Part shown: positions 1 to 12,384 of the stretch, one piece after another
Numbering within the stretch: position 1 is the first letter of the stretch
Layout of the letters: each line of letters starts with the position of its first letter
Assembly (NCBI GenBank): GCA_001179505.1
Contig: CDMY01000395.1
Location: 332,119 to 396,118, forward strand
DNA length: 64,000 nt
Reading direction: 5' to 3'
From: Vitrella brassicaformis CCMP3155
Taxonomy: Eukaryota > Protista > Chromerida
Notes under the pieces: model-generated
Told to the model about the DNA's origin: nothing
What the model saw: the letters and a program-made list of their open reading frames with translations, nothing else
Database searches by the model: none
Program-made: the position numbers and the translations under genes

Positions 1-178
1 CAGGCGCCCCCCCTCTCGCTCTCTACCCCCCTCTCTTCTCTCAGAGTGGCCCCGCCCCGAGGATCAAAGGGATCTTCAGCCCCTCTGGCACGACCTCAGA
101 CTCCCTAGTAGACACACATACACACACAGAATCATACACTCACTCACAGTGCTGGCTGTGTCGGTGTGGGTCTCGCGT

Positions 179-2709
179 CTACCAGACGTAGGTGAACTTG
201 CCGACGGTGATGGAGTACAGAAATAGCCTGTCGCCCAGGTCGTCGATGAAGTCAAAGCCCAGTCCAAAGTCCTCCGTTTCGACCTCCGCAGATCCCTGTG
301 GGATGCCGTCGCCGCCCACACCGGCGCCCACTTGGACGTACGTGACGCCCAGGACGCCGAAGCCGACCTGGATGAACACCTCTGTGTTGGCTGGATCGGG
401 GAAGTCGCCTAGAACACACGCACGCACGCGCACACGCAAACGGGACAGAGCCAGGTGGATAGACCAGACGACTCGTCCATTCCTTACCATTGAGAACCAA
501 CTGGTATCCGTCGCCCCAGTTCCCTGCAGACCACGGATACTCACATGTGTCGGGTTTCTGGGTGCGTGGCGCATCCCCTACCCTGGAAGTCAGTCTCTCT
601 CTCGTCGAAGTCCCGCAGCACGGAGAATTGATATCCCAGAACGCCGACGCTGACGGCGTATTCGGTGTCCTGAACATCTTGCCCCACTGCCACCGCCACC
701 GACTTGTAGCCCGCAAACACCTCCGTGGCAAGCTCCTCATCGTCATCTGTCGTCGGGTCATCGAAGTCGTTGAAGTCGTGCCTTCGGGTGGACGATGAGA
801 GGACGGATCGAGTATGAAGTGCATGAGAATTGTTAGTGTCTGCTGATGTCTGACCTGACGGCGACCTCGGTGTTCCTGACTTTGACGCGCTGCCCGTAGT
901 CTCTGTCCAGGATGTCGACGTTGGTGCCCGTCTCAACGCCCCTCGCCACCACCTCGACCGCTGTCTGACGGTCGTCGGCGTCTTGGTCAACCTGATCGAG
1001 GAAACAGACGACACCAAGGGATGATGAATGGCCTCTCTCCTTACCTCCCCCCGTCCATCGATGTGTTTTTCTACTTACTCGGACACTGTATGCCCCGTAC
1101 GCGACGCCCGCCCCCGCCTCGGCGTCACTCTCGTCCGACGAATACGAGATCGCGAACTTGCCCACTCCCGCATTCACGCTGACCTCCCGCTCCTTCTTGC
1201 CGACCCCCACGCCGACGAATGCCAAATCGTTGCCGACCTGCACTGCAGTGTCGCCGCCGGCCTCGATGTCTCTCCCCCATTGAACGCTCCAGTTGTCGTA
1301 GACAATCTCGTTGGACACCTCGGTGATGAGGGTCTGAGTGCCGGCACGTGCCCATGGGTTCTGCGCCACGGTTCCGAGAGCAGTAGGGAGAAGACCTTGG
1401 CCTTCCACCTCCCCGCTGGTCGGCAGCGACGTGACGACTGCGGGCTTCTGTACTGCTCCCGCGTCTGTGTCATTCCATGTCTGTAGCCTCCTCCTTCTCT
1501 TGAGGGCGGTCTTGCTGAAGCGGCATTGCTCATCCACGGAAGTCTTCTGGGCGAAGGCCGTCATCATGCACTGGACCTTGATGCTGTCATGGCCGTGGAG
1601 AGACATCGGCTTCATCGAGAAGACGATCCTGCCGGGGTCTTGCACGCGCACACGGAAGTCCAGCTCGTCGCTGACAGGGCAGCCATTGACGACCAGATGG
1701 TGGACGCAGGCAGGGTCGGTGCTCTGATAGCCTTCGGGACAGAGGGCGTCACACAGCATGGGCCAGGGGTGGAAATCGCTCCCGACGACGCTCGACTCAA
1801 ACACAAAGGAGCTGACACATACACACACACAAAGAGTCACGCTGCCAAATGGAAGTTGTGTGAAGGATTGCAGACCCTCACGCTTACTCGTCGTCGTTGG
1901 GGATGTGGATCGTCATATTCTCGCCTGCCAAAAGGCCGCTGGAGAGCATGTGCCCCTGGGCTACAGCCTTCATCTCGGTGGCCAGCGTTTTGTTGCCGTC
2001 GAAGGCAATCAGCGCCTGTGTGCTGCTCTCCCACCTGGCCGTTGGGTGGCACTGACCGGTCTCCTTGTGGCACGCACAAGTGACGACGGCATTGTTACTC
2101 GCACCATACACGCGGAGCACCTGCACACAAACGACAGACACAGGCAATCGCAGGTAGGTCATTTCCACAAACTACAGGCAGGCTGTTCTCACTCACGTTC
2201 GTGTGGTAGACATATCGGTCGCTTTCGCTTGTCGCCATCCCGCACTTCCCCGGCCAAGCAGAGAAGTCCACAGATGCGATCAGTGCATGCGCAGGGGAGA
2301 AGAAGTCCTCAGCAAAGGTGGCGCCACAATCGGGGTCAGCAGTGCTGTTGCGGAAGCCCCCTCGCCGGGCGCCTGAGAGAGCCGGGTCGCTCGCGACGGC
2401 CACAGCGGCGGTCATGCGCTTGTCGGTGCACCAGGCGACGGGAGGGAATCCCTTGGGAACACCCTTTTTCTTCAGCCAGTCAGAAACAGACCACTTCTCC
2501 GTTTTGCCTTTCCCCGCCTCCTTCTCGGCTGCCGTCGGTTGTCGCCCATCAGGATGTGCAGAAGCAGCCTCCACAGCCCCCTTGTCGAGCCGCCGCGCTC
2601 CTGTTGCCGTTGCTGGAGGAGACTCGTCGTTTCCTCGGTCGCTGTATGCGTAGCTTCGGGCGTGGACGGAGATGAGCAGCGACACGGCGACGAAGGGCAG
2701 ATAGTGCAT
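179..2709 (-). CDS. Secreted protein: signal peptide + ZP (zona pellucida)-like module + furin-type site + beta-strand-rich acidic C-terminal domain; 7 exons
   Basis: Signal peptide MHYLPFVAVSLLISVHA. Phase-compatible GT-AG exons (2709-2197, 2120-1888, 1811-1079, then four smaller ones) end at FTYVW-stop. ZP-like Cys motifs VAWCTDKRMT, DPDCG, GKCGM, VVTCAC, LCDA, VVNGCP, KVQC, EQC are followed by KRRRR. Confidence 0.8.
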
Positions 2710-3188
2710 GACATTGACGGTGAGTGAGGGGCCGAAAAGGGGCGGGGATGGCAGATGTGTACGGGATCGACGCTCCTCAAGAGTTTACCTTTGGCCAAGA
2801 TTTTGCTGAGTTGTCCCGGCGTAGCGAAAAGAATTAAGACAATAGGGGGTGCGCGAAGCGTCAAGACTGGAATAATGTGTTGCGCGTTCAGTGCGTTCAT
2901 CACCATGGCCATAAAAGCCCGACACGGAGAAAGGACGTGTGTTGTCACTGCAAGAGCCAAAACGGTGCAGTACACACTCCCCCCACTCCCTCCTTCCTTC
3001 CCCCTTGATCACAATGACTGACTACCCCCATTTCATTCAAAAAGCCTTCCTTATTCCACACAAAAACAACACAGGGACCAAGACACTTACATGAATCAGA
3101 GATGCAAACGAGACCAGGACATAAACCGCCAACTAGAAAAGGCAGGCCGACGGACGTCCCATTGTATGTCTGTCAGACTCTGTCTGCA

Positions 3189-5099
3189 TTACAGCTCCGC
3201 CTTGGTGGGCTTGTCTTTTGTGGTGGTGCCGCCCTTGCTGAGGCGATCGAGGGCAGAGAAGGCGAGATATGGATGGAGGGCGGCTGAAACAAACAACACA
3301 GAATGGAATTTCATGCACCGACCTGAAGTGCTCACATTGCCCACTGACCTCCGATGTCCAGCACTCGCTCGTCGAGGGCGAACTCGGGATTGTGGACAGA
3401 CACCGAAGTAGACGGCTGGCCATAAATGCCCTTGCCGTCACTGCACACGCTCATGGATACACACAGCACACCATAGGAATCATCCTGTGGACGTCCCCTG
3501 CGCACTCACGCGTGTCCCAGCAGCACGAACAGGGCAGGGACGGCCTCGGTGAAGAAAGAGAAATCCTGCACTCATCGAATCCATGGATCGATGTGAAACC
3601 ACCGGGGATGGCTGGTGGCCGTCTGTGCGTCTGTGTGTGTGTGCGCCCCTCCCTCCCAACCTCTCCGCCCATCGTGGGAGGGACCTCAGTGACAGACAGG
3701 GGGAAGTCCAGGAGGCCGGCAGGCAGCGAATCGCTGGCCTCGGACATCACCTGGCAGGCACACACACAGCAAGTGCACGAAGTGTCTGTCAGTGTGTCGT
3801 CACGCATCCCATCCTTTGTGTCCTGTCCTACCTCAGTGAACATGGTCCACATGTCGTTATCGTTGAGGGTGGGCGGCGCAAAGTCCTTGAGGTACGTCAC
3901 TGCATCAAGATGTTTTAACACACCATTACGCACGGATGAGATGGTCTCTGTGGGGCTGTGTGTGTGCACGAGGTGTACGAGGTCACCTGTCGCATTGAGG
4001 CGGTTTGCCTGAGCGATCGACTCGGACATCGACCGTATCCGCTCACGCAGCTCCAGGACAGCCGCCGATGAAAGCGTGCGGAATGTGCCTGCGTGTGTGG
4101 AAAAGATGGAGGGCCACACGGTCATGTGCAGTGTGTGCGCTGCGCTGGGGGTGGGGGCGGGGGCGATGTGCAGAGACGCACCTTTGAGCATAGCCCAGTC
4201 AGGAATGACGTTGTTGGCATCTGAATCTGTCTGCACACACACACACACGCAATGATGGAGACCCCTCCCCTCAGCTGTGTGGATGTCGCCTACACGCAGG
4301 ACGGTGACCGACACCACTTTAGACTCTATGGGGTCCGTATCTCGCGACACCAGGGTCTGCAGTGCCAGTGCCAGCTGAGCAGCCCCTGGGACGGGGTCAA
4401 TCGCCAAGTGAGGCATCGCAGCGTGGCCGCCAACCCCTTGCAGCTTGATATCAAAGCTGCCATCAACACGCAACAGAAATGATGAATGAACGATCTACCG
4501 CAGCAGTTGTGTGCTGTGTGTGTGACGCTACAAGTCTCCGGCAGCCAGGAGGGGGCCCCCACGGCCACCCAACGTGCCAGTGGGAAGCTTGGGCCACACG
4601 TGGAAGCCGAAGATCTGCTGCACAGGTGGGTACTGCGTCAAGACGCCCTGTGTGCGTATTGATTGACAAACACACAATCCGCACAGACATTCAGGGAAAC
4701 CTTATGCGGTGGGTGAGCGTCGGCACACCTCTTCTCGCATCATCAGTGCCCCAGGGCCGCCCTCCTCTGCACCCACCCACCCACACACACACACAAGCAA
4801 GACACATTCGCAAAGACGTGTTGGTGGATATGCACTGCACCGATCCAGTCCCTCACCTGCAGGCTGAAAGATCAACCTAATCGTGCCCTACAACGAGACA
4901 GGCAGACAGACAGGGAGAGAGTGTCTGTCGTATCGACCTGATGTCTAGCTTGCGCCTTTGCGGACCTGAATGTCCTTCTCCCTCTCTTTGAGGAGCTTGG
5001 CTGCTGCGAGCAGCATCGTCGTGTGGGCGTCGTGGCCACACGCGTGCCTGACAGACACGGACAGACAGACAGACAGACAGGCAGACGGACGGACGGACG

Positions 5100-5136
<37 letters not shown>

Positions 5137-5892
5137 CGGCCACTGCTTGTGGTGCTGTGACCGTCCGTCCGTGGCGACCTACATTCGGCCAGGGTGAGTC
5201 GACTTGAAGTCTGATCGATGCACACAAGCAAGCAAGCAATGGATCAATGGGTGAACATATGCGCGCGCCGTGCACACAAACCGAGATCGGTTTCCTCCTG
5301 TATCGGCAGCCCGTCAATGTCGGCTGCAGGAAGGAAAATACATAAGCGCACCAGGTCCATCCATCCATCCATCGAGTTTACCTCGGAGAGCGACGCACGG
5401 CGGCTTCCCAGTGCCCAGGTCAGCCACCACCCCTGCAGTGGCCACACGGCACGGCACAGGGCGCCATGTACGTCTGTCTGTCCGTATGCCCCCCATCGAC
5501 ACTCCAGCACTGCTCAACACCCACCCCACTGACCCACCCACCTGTGCCTCCCGGCGGTCCGTCCGGCCCAGCGTTGGCATTCTTGCCCCACCCAGTCGTG
5601 TATTTGACGCCGATCTGCACACACAGATCAGTGGCCGACGGCAATTAATGTGTGTGGGCACTCATGCGATGCGATGAGTGACCTCGTCGAGCGTCTGCTG
5701 GATGAATTGTGACGTCTTGAACTCCCGGAAGAACAGCTCCGGGATCTGGTGGAGATGCCGCCGCTTGCTTGAGGTCCAGGCATGGATGTCTTTTGCCTCG
5801 CTGATCAGATCTGCGAAGGGCACTGCCGAGGCACGATGGCTTAGGAGCACCGAGGAAGACAGCAGGACGAGAAGCCGCGAAGATGGAGTCAT
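3189..5892 (-). CDS. M20 family amidohydrolase (IAA-amino acid hydrolase ILR1/ILL-like), signal peptide and C-terminal KAEL
   Basis: Motifs [56 protein letters not shown]|[15 protein letters not shown]. The last exon reads ...[11 protein letters not shown] (3191-3189). Multi-exon. Confidence 0.92.
5051..5136 (+). repeat. Compound (GACA)n/(GACG)n intronic microsatellite
   Basis: Directly visible tandem tetranucleotides; representative of many intronic microsatellites in the window. Confidence 0.95.
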
Positions 5893-6149
5893 TGCGAAGG
5901 CACAATCTTGGAGATGAGAAGAAGGAGCAGCGTTTCCAGGCGGAACAGGCAGCGGTTTCAGGGAGCGCCCAGGCCGTCTGCGAGCTAAGCTAGAGTGAAA
6001 GTGATTCATCAATTCACAGCATGCAATGCACACACGCGCCACACACGTACGTCCCATGACGTAACATGACAAAATCTCAAAATCCCACCCCCTGCCCCGT
6101 GCAAATGAGCCCCATCCACTCATCTGATCTCCATCCATCTCCATCCTTG

Positions 6150-7412
6150 TCATCTGGCTGTCTTGACCCTCTCCAGCAGCTCTATCCACTGGTCCACCAC
6201 ATCAGGCGTGCCGTACCATCTGAACCCAGGAATCTTAATGCTCGGACCCAGAGAGGGCACGAACCCCGAGTGCTTGACGTCCTCCAGAACCATCGTCGAA
6301 GAGCCGGGCAGGAGTGCAGTGGACTGCGGCACCACCCCATCGCCCGTCGTGTCGCCCTCTCCACACAAAGCCAGGTAGCTGGCGTACGCCAGAAGCCCCT
6401 CCAGCCCTCCCTCACCCAGGCCGCCCTTGACAGACGCGCCAACCACAGAGTTGTAGTTAATGTGGTCAGAGTGGAAGGCCCCTGGATAGTTGTCGGCGAT
6501 GTAGGTGAGCAGGCCTCTTGTCTGATCGAACTGCGCGAAAGGTGAGTCGGCCGGGGGCGGGTTGTGGGGCGTGCCGAGGGTCGTCAGAGAGGTGAAGAGA
6601 GACGCCCGCTCGTCGTCGTCGTACTCCTCTGCGAGGAAGGCGCGGACGATCCAACCTGCCGACAGACAGACAGGCAGACAGACAAGCAGATGGAGAGAGA
6701 TGGCTCAGTGATTGCGCTACTTACCGCCGATAGAGTGTCCCACAAGGTGCATCCTCTGCTCTGGGTGGGCCTCCCGAACGCTCGTCACACTTCGACGCAG
6801 CGCACGGTAGTAAAACTGGAGAACCTGCCCGGCCAGAAAGACACATCACACATGCTCCAGTGTGGGCGCATGACCATCACCGGCGGCTGCACACTCACTC
6901 ACCTTGCTGGGTTCCAGCTTGCCCTGCCAGTAAGCAAGAGTCAGGGACGATGGGATGAGCTCCAGCCAGTCGAGCCTCTTCAGATCGACGGCATATGCGG
7001 GGTAGCCTCGCGCATTCAGCTCAGATATCATATCGAGATAGTCCTCTGAGATGCCAAGCTGGGCGGGGCATATGAGCACAGGACTCTTCGGCTCCTCGGC
7101 AGCAGTGGCAAAAGCAGAGGGGCCGGAGAACGCACCTGAGAGGGCAAACATCACACAGATCCTCTTCTGCCCGACTGGTGGGTGATTCATGTGTGTGTGC
7201 GTGCGTGTGCGTGTGTGCGGCAGCTCACGTTGTAGCACATCAAGATGCATTCGTGAAAGATCCCTGGAGCGCCTGCATCCATCGCGCTGTCTGCATGACG
7301 CCGATGAAAGAAAGCCACCATCCCGCCTTCTTGTCAGCTTCTCCCAGCTGGCTGAGGCCGCCGCGTCCAAGAGAAATGACGCCGCGCAGAGGAACAAAGC
7401 AGCCACTCGCAT
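6150..7412 (-). CDS. Alpha/beta hydrolase (PGAP1-like/lipase-like), probably plastid-targeted
   Basis: Spliced exons give SPVLICPAQLG, nucleophile elbow HLVGHSIGGW, LTTLGTPH, GDGVVP and VKHS. The N-terminus MRVAALFLCAASFLLDAAA is a signal peptide followed by an Arg/Ser-rich stretch. Confidence 0.85.
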
Positions 7413-9150
7413 CTTCGGGTTGAAACGGCTTAACACATCCATACTTGGTGGTTCGAAAAGCCGTTCAGATGTGTCACCTTTTAAGCTCGCAATGACGATC
7501 CCGCGCCGCTCGTTCGTTCGTTCGTTAACCTCACGGGGACCTTGCCCCCCGGCCCCCCGAAGGGATACGCAAGAACGAGTCTGTGTGATGCAGTCCTGTC
7601 CACCCACCCACCCACCCCTATGGTCCACCACAAAATGAAACCTGCATAGGGATGGGCACAAAATGGCACTGGCACCGGCCGACATGCAGATGACAACAAA
7701 GGGCACAGGTGACGAACACTTCCCCTGGCTACATACACAAGAACGAGCGATATCGCCCGACAGCATGAAGCCCTGGCAAGTGTACAGAAGCCAGAGGAAG
7801 GAAGCGAAACATGGAAGCCCACTGAGCCATCAAACGCAATTACCAACAATCAGGTGAACACACCACCATGTACACGCGAGACCCATGTGCAAGGAAGGCA
7901 GGAAGACAACAGAAGGAGAGAAAGAAGGATGACCAAACAGGCCATAACACCCTACAACATGCAGACCGACGATGCCTAAGGTGCATTCCTACCCTCCTAC
8001 CTTGGTCGCTGTGGTGAGCTCGCTAGAAAGGCTCTGTCAGAAGCCCAATCTGCTTATACATCCGCACACTCAGGTCAATAGGCAGCTAACAGCCACACAT
8101 AGAGGGAGGCCTGACTGGACTTAGATAGAAAGATAGATGGCAGACAGAGGAAGCCCCGCCTCATCGATAGACATCCAGATAGACATGAGGCCCTGACATG
8201 CAATGACATACTTGTGGACTCACTGGCAAGGCGACGGTCTATAAAGAAAACGCCGCCCTTTGGCGCGGGCGATATGCCACTTGGGATGGATACCAGGCAG
8301 AGAGACCACACGAATGACATCCATGGCCAGTTGCTTCACACCACCACTCGTAGACATACGAAAGGCAGGTAGAAGTCAGGGGAAGCAAGGTAGACAACAG
8401 ATAAAGGCCAGAAGGGTCTCATACGAGATAGATACAGCCCGTACGTAGACGACATAGCATAAAAAACGGTTGACACATGCACCAAAGCATACGCCCTCGA
8501 ATCCCCGCAGAAACACCATTGCAGCATCACCAGGGCGGTTGCACCGGTTCAGCACACTCTGACGAAGGGGGACGAGGGGGAAAGCGCGTGTCCCAAAGGC
8601 AGGAAGGCTGATGACGCTGACGGCGACTCCATCCAGCAGATGCAGGAGCAGTTCTCGTCACGTTGGTCAGTTGAGAGAAGGCGCCAGCATGCGGATCTTC
8701 AGCCGAAGACCAGGAAGCGGCACGAGAGGAAATGGGAGGGCGTGCCGAGAGAGGGGAGGGACGCCATGAGATGAGTATGATACGCTGACTGATGAGATAG
8801 CTGCCGAGACGGACGGCACAATGGGGGGAGGTCAGAAAGCTGACCACCACCAGATGGGCACAGCCGAAGACCGGACAAAGATCAACGTGACCCTCAGAGG
8901 GAGGAGAGGCCGATGGCAGCCTCAGCCAAAAAGAAACGAGGCTGAGGATGCGGAAAAATGAGCAGGAAGCCAATTGGGACTGCGAGCTGGGCGGCTCGGA
9001 GTCGGAGATCTGCAGCTTTGAGGCCAGCTGGCGTTGAGGCAAGAGAATCGTTGAAGATCTTGGCATCACTCAACTGACGAAACAGCCGCCCTGATTCGAT
9101 TCGTGCTTTTTCCTGATGGATTCGGAGCGGCCTGCAGGATACGGACATAT

Positions 9151-12100
9151 ATGACCATCCTGCCATTATGCCTCCAGCTGCTATTGATCACGTGCCAAAT
9201 CAGCACCGCCTTCATCTATCCATCGCGGCCCCTCAAGCGGACACTGGCAGCCCCTCTACACAGCCATGCGGTCGTGCAGCGCACTCTGCGGCAGCCCTCT
9301 CGACACACATCGCCTCCGCCAACAGACAGGGACAGCCGTCATCTCGTCACCAACCAGCGAATCGACGATGCTCAGACAACCGGGGAAATCATCCAAATCG
9401 TCCAGCAAGAAGGCGGTCCGTCACCTCTGCGGACGCCACTACTCGTGAGGGCCCTCCAACGAGCGGCCTGTCTGGAAGGCAGCATGAATGGAGTGTCGTG
9501 TTTGGTCCGCGAGGCTGTCGAGCGGGCGACAAATGGGGCCTTTTTGCCTTCACAAGTCGCCAAGCTCATGTGGGTGATTGCGCGATGGTGCCGACACAAC
9601 GACGCGGGGGAGGAGCTTTGGAGCGCGTTGCTGACGTTCATGGATTTGGGTGACGGCAACTGGCGGGGGAAGGATTTGACTCTCGCGCTGTACAGTCTGG
9701 CGAAGAGGCGAGAGGGCGACTTTGAGCTGATATCGATGCTGCAGGATCGGCTGATGGACAGCCAGCTGACCGGGAGGGACGTGCCGATGGTCATGTGGTC
9801 ACTCGGTACACTGCAGCGGCAGTTCTCGTCTTCTGTGGGCATCTTGCCCTCTCTAGTGGAGATCCTTCTCGCTTCCGCCTGCCGTCGCGTCAACGACATG
9901 ACCACACAGGGCGTTGGCAACTGCCTGTGGGCATCAGCTGAGCTGCTCGCGGACCCTTCTCGCCCTCCCCCCGCCCTCGTTGCCTTCATGCAGCTGGCGG
10001 TGGAGCGCCTGAGTGCGGAAGAGGCCCTTAAGGACGGGGACATTGTGCAAGCTCTGTGGTCGACCGCGAGGATGCTCTATATTATGATGGGAGAGGGCAA
10101 TGAAGGTTTATCTGCTGTGCATAAGGCGCTGAATGGACTGGTTGAGAAGTGGAGTGGGCGGCTGGTGGGTCGGCTCAGGGCGGGGAAGATCCACAAGGAG
10201 GCCTACCTCGTGCAGCTGCTCATGTTTTGCGCTATCCGACGTACGCACGCACCATGGCACGGCACCACACAGAACCGGCATAGTGCAGTGAGTGCATGAT
10301 TGTGTCATCGTCTGTCTGTCCTGTGTTTGTCTGATCAGGTCTGAACGCGGAACATGACCCCCTTCCGCGGGCGTTGGTCAATCGCCTTGTGGACCCACGC
10401 CCATTGGCTCCTTTCGGTTCCTTCAAGGATGACAGCATGAGATACACACTGGCTGCGATGGCCCAGATGAACGTGTCGCGACCTGAGGCCATCAATGCAA
10501 CTGTACAGGTGAGATGAGATGAGATGCGGCGGCAGATAGACAGACAGACAGATCGATCACGAGAACAGATGGAGAAAAGGAAAGACTCATTTGCCTGTCT
10601 TGATGCATCCCTTCAGGTGCTGTCTTCGTCGCTGTCCACTCTGTCTCCGCGCACCCTCGCCCTTTGCCCATGGGCCCTGGCCACACTCGCCGGCAACATG
10701 ACACCACCCTCAGCACACGTGAACGACGGCATCGACGCGCTCATGCAAGACATCTCTCAGCGGATCCTTTCCAGTGTGGATGAGATGAACGAGGTGATGG
10801 TTGGCTCGCCGCGGCTGCTGTTTCTGTGCGCATGGGGGCTGGCCAAGAGGGGAGCGATGGATGCAGCGACACGAGAGCTGATGGCGGGGTGGGGGCGAAG
10901 GGCCTGGAGGAGATTCAACCAAGAGGTGCGCCACTGGGATGCTGCCATCCAGCAATTTAATGGATCGACAGGGCTTGTGTATGTCTGTCTGTTGTGTCTA
11001 CGCAGGAGCTGTCGACATTCGTTTGGGCGCTCGCAAAAGGGAAGGGGAACGGCGGATCGCCTAATGTGGATGCGTTGATGCATGAGGTCACGCAGACGAT
11101 ATATAAACGATATGGACCACTCTTTCTTCTGTGTGACCACTTATGTCTGTCATTGCGCATCTGCAGGTGTGTGCCGAGCTTCCCCTTGTCCTTCCACACA
11201 TGACGGCCCGGTCCATTGCGAAGCTTCTGTGGTCGCTCTCCCGGCTGGACGCCCTCCACCCCCCGCCCCTCCTCGGCGCCTTCACATCCATTCTCCACCC
11301 CTCCCTCCCCACCCTCTCCCCACACACACTCGCCGCCATTGTCTCGTCCATCGGCTTCATGCTCAACCACAGAGGACGGCAGACCGAGCAAAACAGAGAC
11401 GCGGTGCGGGCCTTCCTCAGGGACGTCCTCGCTGAGTGTCTGCACCGGCCCGCCGCGTTTTCCAGCCGCGAGTTGGCGACGGTTGGGTGGGGGATGGTCA
11501 CTTGTGGGTATGGGATCAGGGAGGGGTGGGAGGCTTATCTGTGGGCGGCTCGTCAGCGGATCGAGGATCGACGACAGCGCATGGATGCAGGAGTGAGTAG
11601 TCGGGGACAGACAGACACACAAGGGAGGGCGGGTGGATGGACAGCAATTGAAATTGATGCTCATGGGCTTTCTTTGTTGTGCTGCTGCCCGCCCTTTCAG
11701 AGTTGTTCAGTGGTTGCCTGGGTCTTGGCGCGATCGAGTCACCACCACTTCACTGCCGATGCCGCCATGCAACAAGACATCAGGAGCTGTCGTGAGAGGC
11801 TGGTGGAGCGCCTCGAGAGCGAGACCGATGATTGGTTCGCGAGCCTCGGGCCCAGCGACGTCAGCGTGCTCACTGCCAGCATCTTGACAGACGACATACC
11901 GATCCCGCCGTCCACCATCTCTCGTCTGGTCCGCCAAGCGAGCCGCCATCTGCCGGTGACGCCCTCCCCGCTACTGTGCCCATCTCTGCTGGCCCTCTGC
12001 TCCCTCGCCCAGGCAGACGAGCCCACCCTGCCGCCCGCCATCGCCGCAGAGCTGAAAGGCTTCACTCGCGACGCTGCCGCTCGGCTGCTGGCCGATCACG

Positions 12101-12384
12101 GCTTGCGTCCGCCGTCTGTGGATGAGAGGACTCTTGCCGATCGCATTGCGGCCATCGCTGACCGATGGATGCCGTGCTTGTTGCTGGCGTCTGCCTGCCT
12201 GGCGGAGAGTGGCTGGGGGGGCGAGAAGGACGAGAGGTGTGTGGTGCTGGTGGGCGAGAGGGTGCTGAGGATGCTCGTGAGTGGAGAGACCAGGGTGACG
12301 CGACAAGACCTGGCCGCCATACGGCTCGCGGCACAGCTGCTGGGCAGGGGGCAGAGTGTGCAGGAAGAAGAGCACACGACTTGA
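9151..12384 (+). CDS. Octotricopeptide (OPR)/HPR-like helical-repeat RNA-binding protein with bipartite plastid leader
   Basis: Leader MTILPLCLQLLLITCQISTAF + basic stretch. Repeated helices QVAKLMWVIAR, KDLTLALYSLAK, RDVPMVMWSLGTL, QGVGNCLWASAEL, QELSTFVWALAK, RSIAKLLWSLSRL, RELATVGWGMV. Multi-exon; stop at 12384. Confidence 0.8.

Noticed and set aside
179-1330. Bacterial outer-membrane protein contamination
   Set aside because: The region is interrupted by several host-style spliceosomal introns and is continuous with a eukaryotic signal-peptide gene.
8300-9070. Possible small gene between the hydrolase and OPR genes (plus-strand SITRAV...DAMR exon; minus-strand 180-aa ORF)
   Set aside because: I could not build a phase-consistent model or recognise any motif.
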